From: Phycisphaeraceae bacterium
GTDB taxonomy: Bacteria; Planctomycetota; Phycisphaerae; Phycisphaerales; Phycisphaeraceae
Reading direction: 5' to 3'
DNA: 64,000 nucleotides
Assembly: GCA_963674705.1 (NCBI GenBank)
Contig: OY771506.1
Coordinates: 2,336,001-2,400,000 of the forward strand
How positions within the stretch are numbered: the stretch's first letter is position 1; each line of letters opens with the position of its first letter. A program made the translations under genes and the position numbers. Below the pieces are notes generated by a model. The model had not been told where the DNA came from and searched no databases. It was given only the letters and a program-made list of their open reading frames with translations. Shown piece by piece: positions 58,009 to 64,000 of this stretch.

Positions 58009-59158
58009 TGTCAGTATCCCCCGTTTCGGAGACTTCGCTTACGATGATGAGTTTCGGATTACTCCTGATCTGGGAACGTTCTCGCTCCAGTTCACTCACC
58101 CGCTGGGTAACCCTTCGCAAATCTTGCTTGTTGCTTTGTAGAACCGCGTACAGTTCGGTCCGGTCCTGCCCGGACTCAGACTGTTGTGCATCGGGCTCCG
58201 TTGCTTGTGCATCGATCACTTTAAGTGCTTCAAGTTCGCTTTCGGTTTGCGTTAACTCGATCCGCATATCGATGTAACGCGCTTCCCACCGGTCGAGCTG
58301 TTCTTCGAGCGATCCACGTTGTAGTTTTGCCAGTTCATAACGAGCCTCCGCGAGTTCTGCCTTTGCCTCCGCCAGCCGGACCGTGTCGACAGGCTCCTTC
58401 GCTTCCAACGCCTGAACCACACTCGCCCTTGCATCAATCAACGCCATCAACGGTGCGTTGTCCAGTGGCGCCAGCGACGGATCATCACGGACCTCATTGA
58501 TTCCTTTCCGGATCGCATCGAGCTTGATGCGCTGTGTTTGTACTAATTGGTTCAATGCCCTGATCCTGATGGCACGCTCGTTTCTCTCGTGCATCGGGTC
58601 GCCCCCCGCGTCCCGGCTTAACGGCGGCATGTCCTTCAATTTGAGTTCGATAGCGTTGATCTTGTCGGTCAGTTCATCGCGCATGGCGACCTGCTCTTCG
58701 TACTCCGCTTCCAGACCCTCGGTCTGATTCACGCTGAGGTTGTTGAACGCCTTGGTCACACGCGAAGTCAAGGTGTTCAGAACCTTGACCGCGGCATCGG
58801 CGGGTTCATCGATCTGTCCGCCCGGAAGCACCGTGACACGCAGTTGCGATGCTCTCTGGCCGACCGGCGTTAATTCGATCTGGATAATGCCGGGCCAGGC
58901 GTCGGGTTCGAGCCCGGTCGCTTCCTCGATCGCCGGATTTACAAACTCCGTGCTCAAGAGCATGGCCTCCACGACCTTCATGTCGAATCCGCTGCGGATC
59001 TGCCCGGTCCCCGTGATAGCGAGCAGTGTGGAGACACGCGCGGGTTTGGCCTGTTGCGCCAGCAGCGTGTTCGGCCAAAGTGACACCAGGAGGGCAAGCA
59101 GACATAACACTCTAATACGCCATAGGCCGATTGGGTTTGTCTTTTTTAACAGTTGCAT
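57986..59158 (-). CDS. Exported coiled-coil protein, resembling a Wzz/GumC periplasmic domain
   Basis: Signal peptide, alpha/beta base, long heptad helices; overlaps the downstream gene. Confidence 0.55.
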   Translation of the reverse strand: MQLLKKTNPIGLWRIRVLCLLALLVSLWPNTLLAQQAKPARVSTLLAITGTGQIRSGFDMKVVEAMLLSTEFVNPAIEEATGLEPDAWPGIIQIELTPVGQRASQLRVTVLPGGQIDEPADAAVKVLNTLTSRVTKAFNNLSVNQTEGLEAEYEEQVAMRDELTDKINAIELKLKDMPPLSRDAGGDPMHERNERAIRIRALNQLVQTQRIKLDAIRKGINEVRDDPSLAPLDNAPLMALIDARASVVQALEAKEPVDTVRLAEAKAELAEARYELAKLQRGSLEEQLDRWEARYIDMRIELTQTESELEALKVIDAQATEPDAQQSESGQDRTELYAVLQSNKQDLRRVTQRVSELERERSQIRSNPKLIIVSEVSETGDTDNDRSETD

Positions 59159-59495
59159 GAGAACTCCCGTCATAAACGCCGCAAAACAGGGGCTAAAATG
59201 AACAGCAAGCCCGGGCTGTTGTGTAAATATAACTACCAACCTTGGTACGTGACATCCTAAGATGGCAAATATGTCACCATCCTGCAAGCAGGCCGGTTCC
59301 ATATACCATGACACTGCAGGGCCAGCGCTTCTACGCTGGTATTGACAGCAATTGAATAAGACAGCCAGGATGCTCTGTATCGAATACGAACCTGTTATTA
59401 TCCGATGATTATCATGTTCTGTGTGATATGCTGCGGATTCTGCTTAACCTCACGCTGCGAAACACAAACCCGTCCCATTGATTAGAATTATCCTC

Positions 59496-60692
59496 ATGAC
59501 CGCATCACAGAACCAATCTGCTGATTCCAAACGCCAGCCGCCACGTGTCGCGATCATCTGTGGCCTGGCCAACGCCTACGGCCGCGATGTCACCATGGGC
59601 GCAACACGCTACGCAAACCTCAAGCGATCATGGGACCTGCGCATCGATACATGGAACGGCCAACCCCTGGACCACTTGCCCCCATGCGAAGGTGCCATCG
59701 TCGCAGGTGTCGGATCAGCCGAATTCGAAGTAACACGTGCCCGATGTAAACACGTCGTGCACTGCACAGGCGAGGGTGATGTCAGCACATGCCCCGATGT
59801 GTCGACCGACGATGTCTCCGTCGGCGAGTTGGCCGCAGAACACCTGATCGGGTGCAACTTCAAGAACTTCGCATACTACGGCTGGCCCGAGACAGGCGCA
59901 GGTTTCGACAGGCGCCGATATCAAGGCTTCAGCGGCTTCGTTCAGAAGCACGGCTACGAATGCCACGTTTGCCCCATCCCCTGGCCTCAGTGGCACATGC
60001 GCCTTACACACGAACACCACCCACAGCTGGTGCATTGGCTCGAATCCCTCCCCAAACCCACCGGCATCCTCGCCGTCGATGATATGTATGCCAGCGACCT
60101 GGCCAGCGCCTGCCTCGGCGCTCACATCCCCGTCCCCGAGCAGATCGCGATCGTCGGCGTCAACGACGACAAACTCCTCTGCGAATCAGCCTGGCCCCCG
60201 TTAACCAGCGTCGATTGCGGCACGCAACGCATCGGCTATCACGCCGCAAAATTACTCGAACGCATGATGGCCGGCGAAACCCTGCCCGAAGACGAACGCT
60301 GGCTGCGCCTTCCACCGATCGGCATCGTCGAACGACAAAGCACCAGCGTCACCGCCGTGGAAGACCCGATCGTCGCTCAAGCCCTGCGCTTCATCCGCGA
60401 ACACGCCTGCGATCCCTGCACCGTAACCGATGTCCTGCGCGAACTGCCTGTCGCACGCCGCTGGCTTGAAAAACAATTCAAAACCTACCTCGGCCGCACA
60501 CCCCACGATGAGATCATCCGCGTACGCATGGTAACCGCCCGCCGCTTGCTGTTAGAGCCCGACTTCACCATCCCGCACGTCGCCCAGCTATGCGGCTTCT
60601 CCTGCGTCCAAACCTTCACCAAAGCCTTCCGAGACACCGTCGACATCACCCCCGCCGCCTACCGCCGCAACAGACTCAACCGCAAAGATTGA
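59496..60692 (+). CDS. XylR-type regulator (LacI-like ligand domain + AraC HTH)
   Basis: LPKPTGILA..D, VPEQIAIVGVNDD, PPLTSVD, VERQST, C-terminal AraC (CGFS...TPAAYR). Confidence 0.9.
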   Translation: MTASQNQSADSKRQPPRVAIICGLANAYGRDVTMGATRYANLKRSWDLRIDTWNGQPLDHLPPCEGAIVAGVGSAEFEVTRARCKHVVHCTGEGDVSTCPDVSTDDVSVGELAAEHLIGCNFKNFAYYGWPETGAGFDRRRYQGFSGFVQKHGYECHVCPIPWPQWHMRLTHEHHPQLVHWLESLPKPTGILAVDDMYASDLASACLGAHIPVPEQIAIVGVNDDKLLCESAWPPLTSVDCGTQRIGYHAAKLLERMMAGETLPEDERWLRLPPIGIVERQSTSVTAVEDPIVAQALRFIREHACDPCTVTDVLRELPVARRWLEKQFKTYLGRTPHDEIIRVRMVTARRLLLEPDFTIPHVAQLCGFSCVQTFTKAFRDTVDITPAAYRRNRLNRKD

Positions 60693-60851
60693 TCCCCGTC
60701 GAATCACATCACCCAACAGCCGCGACCCGCCGGGTCGCGCGCCGTTGCGTATCAGCTACGCATTGTCTATAGAATGTCATCGAATCAATCTTGTCAATAA
60801 ACAGTGCCGGCAGTTCCGAACCTGCAAACCGCGACGTTTCGTGAGCATCAA

Positions 60852-62048
60852 ATGGCGACATCGGACGACAGCGTAATTCGAAAGGTCAGGCACGCGGCCG
60901 GCCGTCGGTCACGCAACACATCCGGCCCCCGCGTATGCCTGTTCATTTTATTTACTTGCCTTACCGGTTATCCCGCATCAGCAGACGACGTGTTCGTCAA
61001 AGTGATCGCACGGCCCGGCGAGATGACGTCTGCACAGCTTGAAGATGGATGGGTCAGGCCCGCCGCCACTCAGGACGCCGAACCGCGCTGGGGCATCGAG
61101 GACGGGATCCAGTTCGGCATCTGGCCTTCCGGTGGTGGCCCGCGCGGGTTGATCCGTGTCTACGCGCCTTACCTCGGCTTCCCCGATGACCGCGTCGTCA
61201 ACTTCATCGCGATCGAACCGATGAAACGCAACGCCCGTTCCTTTTCAGAACTCGAAAGGAGCTTGCTGGATGACGTCAACGGCCTGCGCTTCTGGAGCGA
61301 AGACTCGATCGAAGCGATCGGCGAACCCAAACTGCCGTGGCGCCCGGCGCAAGGCCAAACCCGCTTGATCCCCGACGCACAAGGCGGACACGTTCAAGCC
61401 CTGACCGTGGTGATCGTGACCGAACGCTTCCGCACCGGCACGCAGGCAGCGGTCGAAGTGACCATCCGTCAAGATCGGCCTCACGAACTGCGCTTGCGAA
61501 CTTTCATACTCGGCAATCAACGCGATATCGATGCGTGCGTGCTCACCGCCACCATGGGTAACTTCATGCGCTTACGCAAACTCTGGCTCCGCGATGAAGT
61601 CGTGACAAGCCACGGCCTATTCCCGAACCACCGCGGCAACAACTTCACGCCGCACCACGCTTTCGACCTCGATCAACTGTTCCGCACGCCCGACGGCGGG
61701 ATGCTGCTTGTCGCGACCCCGGACGAACAAGACCTGACCCAGGCCGTCTACGACCCCGCCGTACACCACGTATGGCGCTACGCAGGCAGGCCCGGCGCGC
61801 AGTATTGGCGCATGCAAAAACAGGACATCACTGAGACCCTGCGCGCCCAGGTCAACGCCCGCTTCACCTACTGGGCCTCAAACGCCCCGATCCCCGGCGG
61901 CGTCAGCTTTGAAAACTTCGAGCTAGTCGATCAATACCACGAAGGCCAAACATTCATCTTCGGCATATCAGATGTGCTGCCCAAAGACGATCTGCACCAC
62001 GCCTATCAGCCATACACCCCGAACCAACCCCGCGGGTTTGATCGATGA
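60852..62048 (+). CDS. Hypothetical exported protein
   Basis: Long ORF with host-like codon usage and a hydrophobic N-terminal segment; start uncertain. Confidence 0.65.
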   Translation: MATSDDSVIRKVRHAAGRRSRNTSGPRVCLFILFTCLTGYPASADDVFVKVIARPGEMTSAQLEDGWVRPAATQDAEPRWGIEDGIQFGIWPSGGGPRGLIRVYAPYLGFPDDRVVNFIAIEPMKRNARSFSELERSLLDDVNGLRFWSEDSIEAIGEPKLPWRPAQGQTRLIPDAQGGHVQALTVVIVTERFRTGTQAAVEVTIRQDRPHELRLRTFILGNQRDIDACVLTATMGNFMRLRKLWLRDEVVTSHGLFPNHRGNNFTPHHAFDLDQLFRTPDGGMLLVATPDEQDLTQAVYDPAVHHVWRYAGRPGAQYWRMQKQDITETLRAQVNARFTYWASNAPIPGGVSFENFELVDQYHEGQTFIFGISDVLPKDDLHHAYQPYTPNQPRGFDR

Positions 62049-62290
62049 TAAAACAACGTGAAACGGGGTATAAACAGGGGCAGAACCCGATATTGTCACA
62101 CCCATAGCCCGTTTAGCTCCGCAGCTTGCTGCGGGCACAGACCGTCCCGGCCTGATCAACAATAAAGTTCGGCTTAACCCGCACCCGGTTATAATGAATC
62201 CACCATGAAGCAACCGGGGAAGTGCTACAACCCGCGCCAGGTAACATCTTCTCCACGCGTCCCATTAATAAGGCAGGAGCGGCCGTCATT

Positions 62291-63313
62291 ATGAATGCAC
62301 GTTTAGTACTGATACTCGCTTTCTATTGTTTATGTGGCTTTGGAGCGGGATGTGATGCGAGGGAAGATGCATCGCTGACTATGGAAGCAGAACCATCCTA
62401 TACAAGTTCCTATGTGATTTCGGACGTGTCAAAGGAACATGCCGCCGCAATCGGGTTGTTTCAATTATACCCATCCGATTTTTCCAAATACTATGAGGTT
62501 TCACTTAAGCCGGCCAGGTTGTTCTGGCTGGAAGATCGTCAATGGCGTGCAATTGAGTTGCCCAGCCCGTCGCCGTTGAATGTTTACTACATGGATAATG
62601 CCTCACACGCGGTCGTGCCGTGCACATCCGGCATATTGATCGTCGATTTGACCCATAAAAAGTCTGACTGGCTCTGGCAGAACGGGGTGCTTAGATCCGT
62701 GAACCAAATGGATCGTAACCGTTCTCATATTGCGGTTGTGGAATACGATGAATTGGAAGAGGGGTTGAGGATTCAACTGATCCGCATTCACGATCGGCGT
62801 GTATGGACCATCCTGATTGATTATTCGCCGACCAGCATATATCTAACGGACAAAACATTGTTGACGCTTGCAGATAAGCAGATACGAACGTACACATGGG
62901 ATGTTCTTCCGGACAATACAGAACTTGCCTTGGATAGCACCGTTAGCAATACCGCCGTCAACGCCGATGAAATAGTAGGCACGATCGATGGGGCGGCCGT
63001 TCTGTTGTCACGTGATGAATTGAGTTTGGTACTGCCCAATCACAGCATAGAATTTAACAACGAAGTCATGGCAACATATGTTGATGACGATCATATCGTC
63101 GCCGCTCTGCAAAACGGCGAGGTGACACAAATCGATGCACGCAGCCACAAACAAAACGATTTATTCACAGTAAATACCGAGATCACCAATGTGGGGGTCA
63201 CCGATACCGGTGTATGGATTGCTTTGGATGATAACACAATTAAATATGTTGATGCTGAAGGCCACACTTCCAGTATGACATTGCCGCCATACCCGCAATT
63301 CACTCTTGAGTAA
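62291..63313 (+). CDS. Hypothetical lipoprotein, probable beta-propeller
   Basis: FGAGC lipobox; repeated short beta strands; AT-richer; AGGAG RBS. Confidence 0.6.
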   Translation: MNARLVLILAFYCLCGFGAGCDAREDASLTMEAEPSYTSSYVISDVSKEHAAAIGLFQLYPSDFSKYYEVSLKPARLFWLEDRQWRAIELPSPSPLNVYYMDNASHAVVPCTSGILIVDLTHKKSDWLWQNGVLRSVNQMDRNRSHIAVVEYDELEEGLRIQLIRIHDRRVWTILIDYSPTSIYLTDKTLLTLADKQIRTYTWDVLPDNTELALDSTVSNTAVNADEIVGTIDGAAVLLSRDELSLVLPNHSIEFNNEVMATYVDDDHIVAALQNGEVTQIDARSHKQNDLFTVNTEITNVGVTDTGVWIALDDNTIKYVDAEGHTSSMTLPPYPQFTLE

Positions 63314-63450
63314 GCCGGGTGCCCCGCTTTGACCCGGAGGGCAAAGCGGGATGGTCGAGCAAAACAAGTAGCAACCAGGATGGGCCGCCGTCTTGTAATG
63401 TGGTGCTGAGCGAATCGTACTCCACATAAAAACATCAAAACCAGGCAAGA

Positions 63451-63512
63451 ACACTAATCCCCGCTAATCTACACTAATCTTCTTATTAGCGAAGATTAGT
63501 GTAGATCAGTGT
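63451..63512. repeat. Inverted 10-mer arrays (ACACTAATCY / RGATTAGTGT)
   Basis: ACACTAATCCCCGCTAATCTACACTAATCT...ATTAGCGAAGATTAGTGTAGATCAGTGT. Confidence 0.7.
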
Positions 63513-63771
63513 TCCCATCCACGCTCGGCGCGGGTCTTCCGTCTCCGCCGTCACGTTTGACCGAAGGTCTCCAATTAGCAAGTAGGGTAAATGGAGTAAT
63601 GCGACGGCTTCAACAACGCTCAGCGTTATTCCCACCTTCGTTCAGATCGAACGTATAAACGGCTGCCTTTATCAACCCCTTTTCTTCCCCAACAGTAAAG
63701 CGATCCTAATAAACACGCCATCGTGCTCTTATCAGCAACAACACCGTCAGTTGATATTAGAGATGCAACAT

Positions 63772-64000
63772 CTATGTTTTGCTGGCCGCGAGCAATAAAA
63801 CGGGTGGGCGTCTAAGCGTTTCTTCCAGTGAGGGACGCACTGCTAAGTACTCGGGCAACGGTCTGGGTTCGCCGACATGATTGATCCGAAAGCCTGTTGC
63901 CAACAATGTGTTGATGTAGGTCTCAACCGTTCGGTGATACTTCATCACATCGTTTACAAACCAGGATGTTTTGCGTTCGCCCTCCATCTGATATCTGTCC
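63772..64000 (-). CDS. C-terminus of a class I SAM-dependent methyltransferase (5' end outside the window)
   Basis: EGERKTSW..VMKYHRTVETYINTLLATGF..EP..RRPP pattern. Confidence 0.7.
   Translation of the reverse strand, partial: DRYQMEGERKTSWFVNDVMKYHRTVETYINTLLATGFRINHVGEPRPLPEYLAVRPSLEETLRRPPVLLLAASKT

Overview
GC-rich bacterial chromosome segment, most likely Planctomycetota (Phycisphaerae-like). This is inferred from four PEP-CTERM proteins (two with dockerin-like Ca-loop repeats), a LacI/AraC hybrid (XylR-type) regulator, an enlarged ACP flanked by two FabZ-like genes and a COG2232-type ATP-grasp gene. Most of the window is housekeeping (alr, DEAD-box helicase, atpG, mutL, rsmA, larB, nnrD, uppS, purA, serA, hemL, rpsO, pnp, cold-shock protein, eda). 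It also carries an ECF sigma/RskA/fasciclin locus, a xylan-utilisation region (GH10-GH62 fusion, GH43, regulator) and small AT-richer accessory islets. I saw no rRNA, tRNA, CRISPR array, integrase or transposase. The most notable observations are: (1) a 1.6-kb islet bracketed by a duplicated, synonymously diverged 3' end of a histidine kinase gene; (2) a pervasive family of 7-bp tandem arrays that form intergenic hairpins, sit in frame inside rsmA and uppS, and co-occur with a REP-like core; (3) several REP-like families next to accessory genes; (4) a GT2 + BshC-like + transglutaminase-like operon; (5) two candidate structured RNAs; (6) a FabZ-ACP-FabZ module with an AcpXL-like enlarged ACP. 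All calls are by eye from motifs; no searches were run.
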